From: an uncultured Atopobium sp.
GTDB taxonomy: Bacteria > Actinomycetota > Coriobacteriia > Coriobacteriales > Atopobiaceae
Direction of reading: 5' to 3'
Length of the DNA stretch: 64,000 nt
Assembly (NCBI GenBank): GCA_963509815.1
Contig: CAUPCM010000005.1
Span: 149 to 64,148, forward strand
Shown: piece by piece, positions 31,409 through 40,363 of the stretch
Position numbering within the stretch: position 1 is the stretch's first letter
Layout: every line of letters starts with the position of its first letter
The notes under the pieces: model-generated
The model's database searches: none
The model's input: the letters and a program-made list of their open reading frames with translations, nothing else
Told to the model about the DNA's origin: nothing
Position numbers and translations under genes: made by a program

Positions 31409-31448
31409 AAAAACGAGCAGAAGGGCCAAGGCGCTCTTCTGCTCGTTT
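31409..31448 (-). terminator. terminator or attenuator hairpin between nrdD and nrdG
   Basis: On the minus strand: aaacgagcagaag-agcgccttggcc-cttctgctcgttttt. Confidence 0.6.
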
Positions 31449-31464
31449 GTCTAGTACTTAAAAC

Positions 31465-33687
31465 TTAGAGGTGAAGGACGCGGTCCTTGATCTCCTGGGT
31501 ACGGCCCTGGTTCCAGAACTGGGTACCAATGTAGCCGCAGGTACGACGAGCAACATTCATCTTGGTCTGGTCACGGTTGCCGCAGTGTGGGCACTCCCAA
31601 ACCAGCTTACCGTCCTCCTCGACAATATGAATCTCACCGTCATAACCGCACTCCTGGCAGAAGTCAGACTTGGTGTTGAGCTCTGCGTACATGATGTGGT
31701 CGTAGATGAACTGCATAACGCTGAGAACAGCCTCGATGTTGTCCTGCATATTAGGAACCTCAACGTAAGAGATTGCTCCACCTGGGGAAAGACGCTGGAA
31801 CTCAGACTCAAACTGAAGCTTCTGGAATGCGTCAATCTCTTCTGCAACGTGGACGTGGTAGCTGTTGGTGATGTAGCCCTTATCAGTGATGCCAGGGATA
31901 ACACCAAAGCGACGCTGAAGTGCCTTAGCAAACTTGTAGGTAGTGGACTCAAGAGGGGTTCCGTAGAGGGAGTAATCGATATCCTCTGCTTCCTTCCACT
32001 CGGTGCACTTATCGTTCATGTGCTGCATAACCTGGAGAGCAAATGGAGTTGCCTCTTTATCGGTGTGGCTGTGACCAGTCATAGCCTTAACACACTCGTA
32101 CAGACCTGCATAACCAAGGGAGATGGTGGAGTATCCGCCGTAAAGCAGAGGATCGATAACCTCACCCTTGTCCAGACGAGCAAGTGCGCCGTACTGCCAA
32201 AGGATAGGAGCAGCGTCAGACAGAGTGCCCTTCAGACGATCGTGGCGAGCACGAAGTGCGCGGTGGCAAAGCTCAAGACGCTCATCAAAGATCTTCCAGA
32301 ACTTGTCCATATCGCGACCAGCAGAAAGAGCAACATCAGGAAGGTTGATGGTTACAACACCCTGGTTGAAGCGGCCATAGTACTTAGGCTTGTTTGGCTC
32401 ATAGTTCTTAGCGCGAGCAACGTTGTTGAAGCCATTGCCAGAACGGTCTGGAGTCAGGAAGGAACGGCAGCCCATGCACGTAAAGGTATCGCCCTCGCCT
32501 TCCTTCTCGCCCTTAGAAAGCTTGTACTCCTTCATCTTCTTCTCAGAGATGTAGTCAGGAACAAGGCGGCGAGCGGTGCACTTTGCAGCCATCTGAGTGA
32601 GGTAGTAGTACTTGGAATCCTCGTAAACGTTGTCCTCTTCAAGAACGTAGATGAGCTTAGGGAATGCAGGAGTAATCCAGACACCCTCCTCGTTCTTTAC
32701 GCCCTGATAACGCTGACGGAGCATCTCCTCAATGATGAGTGCAAGGTCCTGCTTCTCCTGCTCATTCTTTGCCTCGTTGAGGTACATGAAGACAGTAATG
32801 AAAGGAGCCTGGCCGTTGGTGGTCATCAAAGTGACAACCTGGTACTGAATGGTCTGAACGCCACGAGAAACCTCATCACGAAGGCGCTTCTCAACCATCT
32901 CGTTGAGCTGCTCAGCAGAGAGCTCAACACCGACGGAGTTCATCTCCTCCATAACGGTCTTGCGAATCTTCTTACGAGAGACATCAACAAAAGGAGCAAG
33001 GTGAGCCAAGGAGATGGACTGACCACCGTACTGGCAGGATGCTACCTGAGCAATGATCTGAGTTGCAATGTTGCATGCAGTGGAGAAGCTGTGTGGGCGC
33101 TCAATCAGAGTACCGGAGATAACAGTGCCGTTCTGCAGCATGTCATCAAGGTTGATGAGGTCACAGTTGTGCATGTGCTGTGCAAAGTAATCGGAATCGT
33201 GGAAGTGGATGAGACCCTCGTTGTGAGCAGCAACAATGTCCTCTGGAAGGAGCTCACGCTGAACGAGGTCCTTAGAAACCTCGCCAGCCATGTAGTCACG
33301 CTGAACGGAAACAACGGTAGGGTTCTTGTTGGAGTTCTCCTGCTTGACTTCCTCGTTGTTGCACTCAATCAGAGACAGAATCTTGTCATCGGTGGTGTTC
33401 TTGTGACGCTTCTGGTTCTGGATGTAGCGGTAAATGATGTACTTACGAGCAACCTCAAAGCGGTCAAGAGCCATGAGCTGATCCTCGACAAGGTCCTGGA
33501 CCTCCTCGACGGTAACGGTGTGTCCAGCCTTCTCACACTCATCGGTAACGTTGAGGGAAGCAAACTGAATCTCACGCTCAGTCAGGCGCTGATCCTCAGG
33601 AACCTCTGCGTTAGCCTTAGCGATTGCGTTAACAATCTTCTCTACCTCGAAGGTGACCTCTGAGCCATTGCGCTTGATAATCTTCAT
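31465..33687 (-). CDS. nrdD: anaerobic ribonucleoside-triphosphate reductase (class III)
   Basis: N-terminal ATP-cone (MKIIKRNGSEVTFEVEKI), C-terminal Zn site CQECGYDGE...CPHCGN and the glycyl-radical motif RRTCGYIG. The ATG at 33687 has AAGGAG upstream. Confidence 0.96.
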   Translation of the reverse strand: MKIIKRNGSEVTFEVEKIVNAIAKANAEVPEDQRLTEREIQFASLNVTDECEKAGHTVTVEEVQDLVEDQLMALDRFEVARKYIIYRYIQNQKRHKNTTDDKILSLIECNNEEVKQENSNKNPTVVSVQRDYMAGEVSKDLVQRELLPEDIVAAHNEGLIHFHDSDYFAQHMHNCDLINLDDMLQNGTVISGTLIERPHSFSTACNIATQIIAQVASCQYGGQSISLAHLAPFVDVSRKKIRKTVMEEMNSVGVELSAEQLNEMVEKRLRDEVSRGVQTIQYQVVTLMTTNGQAPFITVFMYLNEAKNEQEKQDLALIIEEMLRQRYQGVKNEEGVWITPAFPKLIYVLEEDNVYEDSKYYYLTQMAAKCTARRLVPDYISEKKMKEYKLSKGEKEGEGDTFTCMGCRSFLTPDRSGNGFNNVARAKNYEPNKPKYYGRFNQGVVTINLPDVALSAGRDMDKFWKIFDERLELCHRALRARHDRLKGTLSDAAPILWQYGALARLDKGEVIDPLLYGGYSTISLGYAGLYECVKAMTGHSHTDKEATPFALQVMQHMNDKCTEWKEAEDIDYSLYGTPLESTTYKFAKALQRRFGVIPGITDKGYITNSYHVHVAEEIDAFQKLQFESEFQRLSPGGAISYVEVPNMQDNIEAVLSVMQFIYDHIMYAELNTKSDFCQECGYDGEIHIVEEDGKLVWECPHCGNRDQTKMNVARRTCGYIGTQFWNQGRTQEIKDRVLHL

Positions 33688-33820
33688 GTGCAAACTCCTT
33701 GAACAAACGTTGGTGAAAGCAACGCTTTCATGCGTGTTTAATTGGATTATCACTGCGGTTCCTAAGCTTTTGCCTAAGCGAAGTGGTTGGGAACCCGCTT
33801 GTGTGATGGGAACTACTATG

Positions 33821-33836
33821 CCACAACTTATAGTGT
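33821..33836 (-). promoter_or_regulatory. NrdR box 1 (candidate)
   Basis: The minus strand reads ACACTATAAGTTGTGG, which matches 13 of 16 positions of the published NrdR-box consensus acaCwAtATaTwGtgt. Confidence 0.6.
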
Positions 33837-33852
33837 TTGGGTTCGAGAACTA

Positions 33853-33868
33853 TAACAATATATTGTGA
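33853..33868 (-). promoter_or_regulatory. NrdR box 2 (candidate)
   Basis: The minus strand reads TCACAATATATTGTTA (13 of 16 positions; the core ACAATATATTGT is a perfect palindrome). It is 32 bp centre-to-centre from box 1, the usual tandem spacing. Confidence 0.65.
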
Positions 33869-34074
33869 AATTTCCACACGAATACAAAATTATGTATTGA
33901 CACGTTGCGGCAACCAATATCTCTGCAGGTAGAAAATTAGCTAGAAAATTCGCTAATTACAAAATTTATTAATGGTCAAAAAATAATTCGATTTTTTGTA
34001 AGTAGGCATTCGTCGCCTTTCACAAATGCGCCACAATTCGCCCTTCGGTGCTCACTTTTGTTGAGCATTAGGCA

Positions 34075-34102
34075 ACAAAAAAGCCGACACAAAATGTCGG
34101 CT
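34075..34102 (-). terminator. intrinsic terminator after the GT2 gene
   Basis: On the minus strand: agccgaca-tttt-gtgtcggct followed by tttttgttg. Confidence 0.7.
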
Positions 34103-34109
34103 CTGAGTC

Positions 34110-35099
34110 TTACTCAAGTGGAGGCTGCGGACGCCAGGTTGCATCTTTATAGATAAGGCGTGCATCTTTCCAGCCCTTAATAAGGCGAGAAAGACCAGAC
34201 GAGAAGTGCGCTCTATCTACCAAAATGAGTCGAATAATCTCTTTTGCAAAGGTCAGCGCAGTGCCAACGCCAAAGAGCACAGGATTGTAATCACCATGAA
34301 CCTGGAAGTAACGAGCAATATAGCCGCGGTTACGTGTGATGTAATAGCGCGTCATATCAGAAGTTGAATTAAGCTGGCGCACAGAACCAATGCTCTGACC
34401 AGGAACTTCTCGACATCTTGAAAGAACAAAGTCTGGAATCAAAATAGGCTGCGTTACCTTGCTGGCCAAATAGCCGTACAGAGCATCGTCCCAGTAGATA
34501 AAGAAACGCGCATCAGGCAGGCCAATCTTCTGCACTACAGAGCGCTTAAAGCAGGCGCCCTCAAAGCACATCACATTGCACTTGCGGTACGCAACACCAT
34601 CAAAACCGGCCTTTGCCAGCGGATTATAGATGCCCAAAGCGGTACTAAAACGATACTGCCAGAAGAAAGGACCACCATCAAAGTCGTAGCGCTGGCCCTG
34701 GATGACCTCAGCCTTGTCTGACCATGCGTCAAGCTTATCAAGACCGTCAGGCAGTACGGCTACGTCATCGTCCATAACCCAGAACCACTCAGCGCCCAGC
34801 TCATAGCCTACGCGCACACCCTCAGAGAAGCCGCCGGAACCGCCGGTGTTTTGCTCCATAGGCACATAGCACACGCGATTGGTTCCTCCGTGAACATCAG
34901 GATCTGTAGTGGTTTCTCCCCACAAGGTTTTGACCTTCTCGGAAAAGTCAGACACAAGTGAGGCTGTTTCGGGGGAGTTCTCGTTATCCACAACAATGAT
35001 GCGCCATGGTGCCTGCGTAAGCTGCGTAATGGAATTGAGCAGGTTAGAGAGCAGTTCCTGGCGTTTGAAGGTAACTATAACAAGAGCAGTGCGCTTCAT
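34110..35099 (-). CDS. glycosyltransferase family 2
   Basis: ALVIVTFKRQELLSNLLNSITQLTQAPWRIIVVDNENS and WVMDDDVAVLPDG (DxD region). Confidence 0.85.
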   Translation of the reverse strand: MKRTALVIVTFKRQELLSNLLNSITQLTQAPWRIIVVDNENSPETASLVSDFSEKVKTLWGETTTDPDVHGGTNRVCYVPMEQNTGGSGGFSEGVRVGYELGAEWFWVMDDDVAVLPDGLDKLDAWSDKAEVIQGQRYDFDGGPFFWQYRFSTALGIYNPLAKAGFDGVAYRKCNVMCFEGACFKRSVVQKIGLPDARFFIYWDDALYGYLASKVTQPILIPDFVLSRCREVPGQSIGSVRQLNSTSDMTRYYITRNRGYIARYFQVHGDYNPVLFGVGTALTFAKEIIRLILVDRAHFSSGLSRLIKGWKDARLIYKDATWRPQPPLE

Positions 35100-35172
35100 A
35101 TTTCCCCAAAATGTGACTTCATGAGTGGGTTAGTGCCTCTATAGTATAGAGCAGCAAACAAAAGGAGTTTAG

Positions 35173-36339
35173 ATGAGTCACACGCAAAACCACCAACCCT
35201 TGGTTTCTCTTGTTGTGCCTATATATAACGTTGCGGACTATCTGGAGCAGTGTCTGGCAAGCATTCAATCGCAGAGCTACACCAACCTGGAGATTATCTG
35301 CTTAAACGATGGCTCAACTGACTCGTCTTTAGCTCTTTTGGAAGCTTACGCTGCCCGTGATGGACGCCTTGTCATCATAGACAAAGAAAACGAAGGCTAC
35401 GGAAAAACATGTAATCGTGGTATTTCCGCAGCTCATGGCACATGGGTAGGAATTGTTGAGCCTGACGATTACCTTGAGCCAACTATGGTTCAAGAACTTG
35501 TTGATCTTATCCAAGCAAACGGCGGAGAAGACCAGGTAGATATTGCGCGCTCAGCCTATTGGCGCGTGTTTGACAATCAGAAAAACGGTCGAGCAGGAGT
35601 AAAAGCACAGGTAAAGAATGGCGCTGGTCTTACCGAGCGCAGGATTCCCTGCGCTTATAAGGGCCGCGTCAAGCCCAAGCAGCAGCCTTGTTCTGTTGAC
35701 CAGATGGCTCAGCTTCTGTTGCATCACCCCGCCATTTGGACAGCACTCTATCGCAAAGAATTCTTGACCCAGAACAACATCAGCTTCAAAGAAGTCCCTG
35801 GTGCAGGCTGGGTAGACAACCCCTTCCTTATTGCCTCACATTGCTGTGGAGCCCGCTTGGTGTACACAGACTCAGCGCTTTACAACTATCGCGAGAATGG
35901 CTATGCAGAAGCCGCCACCTTTGCGCAGCGTCAGCCCAAAATTCCGCTTGAGCGTTGGAATGACATGATGGATGTTGTGGACGCACGCAACATCACCTCA
36001 GACGTAGTGCTCAACGCGCTCACGCTGCGCGGCATCAACTACGCACTGCTTACAAAAGACGCACTTATCTGGCGAGAAGAACATGATGATGCAGGTCAGA
36101 TTGACTCAGAAGTGCGCGATCTTCTCGCCAAGAGCTTTGAGCGCATGGACGCAAAGCGCGTGTTTGAAAACCCTGCAATCTCGAGCACCGGTAAGGCACT
36201 CTTTGCGCAGGTACGCGGTATTGCTTTGCCTAAAGATGACAAGTTTTCCCGCTATGCATATCTAGCCAAAGAGGGATTCTTCCGCGTCAAAAATGACGGC
36301 ATAGCACAGACGTTTAAATCGCTCATGGACAGGCGTTAA
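35173..36339 (+). CDS. glycosyltransferase family 2
   Basis: VSLVVPIYNVADYLEQCLASIQSQSYTNLEIICLNDGSTDSS and IVEPDDYLEP. Confidence 0.88.
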   Translation: MSHTQNHQPLVSLVVPIYNVADYLEQCLASIQSQSYTNLEIICLNDGSTDSSLALLEAYAARDGRLVIIDKENEGYGKTCNRGISAAHGTWVGIVEPDDYLEPTMVQELVDLIQANGGEDQVDIARSAYWRVFDNQKNGRAGVKAQVKNGAGLTERRIPCAYKGRVKPKQQPCSVDQMAQLLLHHPAIWTALYRKEFLTQNNISFKEVPGAGWVDNPFLIASHCCGARLVYTDSALYNYRENGYAEAATFAQRQPKIPLERWNDMMDVVDARNITSDVVLNALTLRGINYALLTKDALIWREEHDDAGQIDSEVRDLLAKSFERMDAKRVFENPAISSTGKALFAQVRGIALPKDDKFSRYAYLAKEGFFRVKNDGIAQTFKSLMDRR

Positions 36340-36389
36340 AGCCGGCGACATCAAGCGGTCAAATACCGGCCAATCTTACACAAAGTTAC

Positions 36390-37430
36390 TTACGCAAGTG
36401 GTATGCGCATAAAGCGTGCGTACCATACAGCTCTTCGTGCATAGGCATAGCGTGCCTGCACTGTGGTAGACAAAATGGCACCAAGCAAAGCGCGAGCAAC
36501 CAATCGCGGAGAAGTTGCTTCAGTAACAATAAGATGAGCTACAGGATTAGAAAGAATCTTAACAATCAGATTTTCTTTTTCCTCATGGCTAAGCTGGGAT
36601 TCTCCGTTAAAAACGGGATACATGTTTTTAAGAAGCTTGCTGATCAGATAACGACTAATCAACTTTTGAACTTTCTTGGAGTTTGCAAAGCCAAGATGCT
36701 TGGCAAGAGCACCAAGTGCCTGACGCTCTTGGGTAAGTTTATCCATAGCGGCAGTAATAGTTTCTTCTTTCTTAGAAGAATCTGCTGGTACATCAACAAA
36801 AATTGCTTTTGGGGCGTACGTAACATGTTTTGCAATCTCAAAGCAATAGCCAACAAAATTGCACTCGCCATCAGTTTCTGGCTCATGCTTAATCTCGGTC
36901 AGAATACGTGTTGAGCACAGCTTTCCGCTCATAGACGTCAAATAAGGAAGCTGCGATTCCTCAAATACCTGCAACAATGTAGAGGCTTTTGCACCAAAAG
37001 CTTTTTTGCATTCCATAGGCGCATTGGCGGTTTTCATGTGCGCAATAACAATATCTGCTGCTTTAGGTGAACCAACAGGACCCAAAGCGGTAGCTGCAGA
37101 ATAAAGCTCCTGTAAAACGTGGGAATTAAACCTATAAGAAGGCTCAGTGGTAAGCGTATAGGCTCCGCGAGCACGACCCTGAGCAATCTCAAGTGCAACA
37201 AAATGGCTAATGCCCGATTGGCACAAGACATCTAAACGAGGCTCTTGATTGGCAAGGTTATCTAACATGCGAGCAATCTGGGGATCGGAACTGTTGTCAA
37301 CGATGATGAGCTCCCAATGAGGGTATGTCTGCTCTTGAAGTTGCCTAATTACCGTTCTAATAGCATCAGCATCATTATCAGCGGCCATGAGAACTGAAAT
37401 CATATGTGGATTGTATGAGCGCTCGTGCAT
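36390..37430 (-). CDS. glycosyltransferase family 2-like protein (divergent)
   Basis: The N-terminus ISVLMAADNDADAIRTVIRQLQEQTYPHWELIIVDNSSD fits a GT2 fold. I recognise nothing in the C-terminal half. The start is either 37430 or 37403. Confidence 0.6.
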   Translation of the reverse strand: MHERSYNPHMISVLMAADNDADAIRTVIRQLQEQTYPHWELIIVDNSSDPQIARMLDNLANQEPRLDVLCQSGISHFVALEIAQGRARGAYTLTTEPSYRFNSHVLQELYSAATALGPVGSPKAADIVIAHMKTANAPMECKKAFGAKASTLLQVFEESQLPYLTSMSGKLCSTRILTEIKHEPETDGECNFVGYCFEIAKHVTYAPKAIFVDVPADSSKKEETITAAMDKLTQERQALGALAKHLGFANSKKVQKLISRYLISKLLKNMYPVFNGESQLSHEEKENLIVKILSNPVAHLIVTEATSPRLVARALLGAILSTTVQARYAYARRAVWYARFMRIPLA

Positions 37431-37602
37431 TCCACATCCCCCAAACTGGTCCTAAATTTTAGATACCAGTTTACCTATAAAAAGTGAATTAAAAAGACAT
37501 TTTTATTCTATCAAAATCTCTCCACATAACGTGTTTAACTGCTATTATGTGGACATCTGACCTGTTTTGTAGGAGCGGCGCTACACACAACGCCCATAAC
37601 GT

Positions 37603-38367
37603 CTATACGAGCATGCCAACAAGCTTTCCTAAGGCCGTAGCGTCAACGGTAGTGCCACTTGAGCCTTCAACAACAGGAGCTTCATCATGCTCAAGATTAG
37701 ACACGCCAATTGGCTGCACAATCTCTACAAGCTCAAGAAGCTGATTGGGCTTCATATCGGTAATCATTGAAGACAACAAACTAGAAGCATTGCTTACCAG
37801 TGAACGAGCGCCCGAACCAGAAAGTGCCGAGATTTTCTCCCACACATCATCTGTGGCAATGATAACGTGCGTAATCTTGATGTTGGTGACAGAAGCAAGT
37901 GCGCTAACAAAAGCGCTCTGACCGTCATCTTTGTAAATATCTGCCAGTGTTTTAGCGTTTGAGTCTACTTCTGCATACACATCAGTAGGAATAGACACTA
38001 TATGGCCGGTTCCCTGCGTGCGATCAATGACCAAAAGCTGTACAGACTGAAGCGTCGACTCCCCTGCCTTAAGCGAATTTGTGCTGATAACGGCATAGGT
38101 AAGAAAGTCATCATCAGATTGTGTAGTGCCATCCGGATTGCCTGAAACACTTTGGCTCTTTACAGCCTTGTTAAGCCCATGATCTCCCAAGTGAGACTCA
38201 AGCTGCGCGCGATCCCAAAGAGTTACAACAACAATGCCTACAAGAACAGCAACAATGGCAACAACAGCAAGGCCAATCACGTTGGTATAGGGATTCTCAC
38301 GCGGAACATCGCTGCGCTCAAATCTTTCTCTTTTCCTAAACATACTGGCTCCCTGCCTACTGTTCAT
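37603..38367 (-). CDS. membrane-anchored protein, possibly a degenerate LytR-CpsA-Psr (LCP)-like domain
   Basis: One TM helix (VIGLAVVAIVAVLVGIVVV), then QLLVIDRTQGTGHIVSIPTDVYAEV...LADIYKDDG. This loosely follows the LCP pattern LLV.D...ISIPRD..V...IN.AY..GG. Confidence 0.4.
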   Translation of the reverse strand: MNSRQGASMFRKRERFERSDVPRENPYTNVIGLAVVAIVAVLVGIVVVTLWDRAQLESHLGDHGLNKAVKSQSVSGNPDGTTQSDDDFLTYAVISTNSLKAGESTLQSVQLLVIDRTQGTGHIVSIPTDVYAEVDSNAKTLADIYKDDGQSAFVSALASVTNIKITHVIIATDDVWEKISALSGSGARSLVSNASSLLSSMITDMKPNQLLELVEIVQPIGVSNLEHDEAPVVEGSSGTTVDATALGKLVGMLV

Positions 38368-38540
38368 CAGTTCTGCAAGAGCTCCTAAAAAAGACGCTCT
38401 CTTCTATGATGCTATTTCTTTGCGAGGGAAACCACCGCACACAATACAAGTGGTAGAAAAGACTTCGTAAACGGCGCGAGAAGACCGATGGAGCTGGATT
38501 GGCACACAGAAACTACGACGCAATCAAGGAACCGAAAGCG

Positions 38541-39437
38541 CTACCAGGGTTGCAAAACACCCTCTGGATAGCGAACGCTCACAAACGTGAGGCCCTGAGC
38601 AGGTGCACAACTGCCAGCAGCAATTCTATTCTGAGCAGCTAGAACCTCGTCGATCCACTCAACAGGCCTGTGACCTCGGCCAATCTCAACCAGTGTGCCC
38701 ACAATCGTGCGCACCATGTTATGCAAGAAGGCGTTACCCGTAATATCAACTGCAATGAGTTTCTCGCCAGCCTCTTCAATTTCTTCAACGGTAAGGCGCT
38801 CCACAAAACGATGCGTTGGCTTACCCTCGGCAGAAATTGCCTTGCAGAAGCTCTTGAAATCGTGCTCTCCCACCAGCGCCTGCGCCGCCTTGTCCATAAG
38901 CTCTGCGTCCAAGTGACCGTTGTACCACCACACGTGGTCCCAGCCCAGCACGGGACGAGCGCTATCTGCACAAATGCGATAGCGGTACGAGCGAGCCTGG
39001 GCATCAAAGCGTGCCGAGAAACCCTGTGGGGCACGGAAGAGTTGTCGGATAGAGATGTCATCGTCGGTCAGAGCGGTGAGCGAGCGGACGAGTTTCTCGC
39101 CAGACAGCGCCAGCTCAGCACCGTACACAGGAAAGCTCACGTACTGGGCCTGGGCGTGCACGCCGGCGTCGGTTCTGCCCGCGCAGGTGAGCTCGACCTC
39201 TCTGCGCAAAACGGTCTCAAGCGCGCGGCGAAGGTCGCCTGCCACGGTGCGCTGGGTGGGTTGCTCGGCAAAGCCGCAGAATGCAGCGCCGCGATAACCT
39301 AGCTGGATGACAAGTGTAGCTTCAGACTCAGCAGAGGCGTCAGCGAGAGTCTCAGCAGCTGATAGCCCAGCAGAAGACTCCTCGGATGCATAAACGCTGC
39401 AGTTTGATGCATTGTTCTGTGACGTTTCTGAGTTCAT
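38541..39437 (-). CDS. truA: tRNA pseudouridine(38-40) synthase TruA
   Basis: LGYRGAAFCGFAEQP, the catalytic GRTDAGVHA, and NAFLHNMVRTIVGTL. The ATG at 39437 has GGGAG upstream. The gene sits in the conserved position after the ecf genes. Confidence 0.93.
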   Translation of the reverse strand: MNSETSQNNASNCSVYASEESSAGLSAAETLADASAESEATLVIQLGYRGAAFCGFAEQPTQRTVAGDLRRALETVLRREVELTCAGRTDAGVHAQAQYVSFPVYGAELALSGEKLVRSLTALTDDDISIRQLFRAPQGFSARFDAQARSYRYRICADSARPVLGWDHVWWYNGHLDAELMDKAAQALVGEHDFKSFCKAISAEGKPTHRFVERLTVEEIEEAGEKLIAVDITGNAFLHNMVRTIVGTLVEIGRGHRPVEWIDEVLAAQNRIAAGSCAPAQGLTFVSVRYPEGVLQPW

Positions 39438-39525
39438 GAAGCTCCCTGAAAAAGACTTTTGGCACAACAAAGTGATTGTATCGTAGGCTCAAAGAAAGCG
39501 CACACTACGCGACAACAAACGCCAG

Positions 39526-39582
39526 CGCTACAACGTTGCAAGACCGCTACAGCATTGTTGGACCACTACAGCGTTACAAGAC
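39526..39582. repeat. three tandem 19-bp repeats at the ecfT 3' end and the ecfT-truA spacer
   Basis: cgctacaacgttgcaagac / cgctacagcattgttggac / cactacagcgttacaagac, read directly. A weaker fourth copy lies upstream at about 39501-39520. Confidence 0.7.
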
Positions 39583-40363
39583 CAAAGCACACGGCAGTCC
39601 AGAGCAGAAGCACAACCCAGTCTACAAGCTGCATTTTTGCGGAAATGCGTGTACGTTTTGCGGCGCCAAGACAGCGATCCGTCATAGTTTGCGCCATCTG
39701 ATCAGCTCGTTGAAAGAGCGATACGGTGAGCGGCACCAGAAGCGTAAACCATTTTTTGATTCGCTCAACAATACTGCCTGATTCAAAATTAAACCCTCGA
39801 GCCCTTTGAGCTGACCTAATTCTGTCGAGTTCTTCTAAGGTAAGCGGAATTGCCCTCAGCGCAATTGAAAGCACAATGCTCAAACCATCAACGTCAACAC
39901 GAATAAGGCGCAGAGGCAGCAACAGTACAGAAAAGCCATCAGCAAGCTGCGTAGGTGTAGTTGTTGATGCTACTGATAAAACCAGTGCTAAGGCAAGCAA
40001 CACGCGGGCAATAGCCACGGTGCTTCTGTAAAATCCCGCCACAGAAAGACCAACTGATCCGGAGAAAATGATATCGGGATGTCCAATAAACACCAGCGTA
40101 TTGGCTACAAATGATATAAGCAAAATGAATGCCGCAGGCTTTGCTACGCGCAAAAACTCTGGCAAGCTTACACGAGCACTCCACAAAAGGCTTACGCAAA
40201 TCAAAGCAAATACCACAAAAGCGAGTGGTTCTTGTACTAAGAAGAGAGCAACAATACCCACAAAAGTGGCAACGATTTTTGTCTGCGCTGTCAATGAAGC
40301 AAGCGAGAAGTGCTTAAGCAGAGCACAGGGGCACTTAGACATGGCAGGCCTCCAAAAGCTCAT
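39566..40363 (-). CDS. ecfT: energy-coupling factor transporter transmembrane protein EcfT
   Basis: Polytopic protein with the EcfT-type ARG motifs (IALRAIPLTLEELDRIRSAQRARG). It follows ecfA. An alternative ATG at 40342 would overlap the ecfA stop (ATGTCTAA). Confidence 0.88.
   Translation of the reverse strand: MSFWRPAMSKCPCALLKHFSLASLTAQTKIVATFVGIVALFLVQEPLAFVVFALICVSLLWSARVSLPEFLRVAKPAAFILLISFVANTLVFIGHPDIIFSGSVGLSVAGFYRSTVAIARVLLALALVLSVASTTTPTQLADGFSVLLLPLRLIRVDVDGLSIVLSIALRAIPLTLEELDRIRSAQRARGFNFESGSIVERIKKWFTLLVPLTVSLFQRADQMAQTMTDRCLGAAKRTRISAKMQLVDWVVLLLWTAVCFGLVTL

Noticed and set aside
31471-33663. 730-aa ORF on the + strand, antisense to nrdD. Similar long shadow ORFs are 42421..43335, 43399..44220, 50015..50890, 53877..54887, 55426..56094, 40068..41006 and 15130..15927.
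   Set aside because: These are the same codon-bias artefact. Each is fully contained within a confidently identified minus-strand gene and matches no family I recognise.
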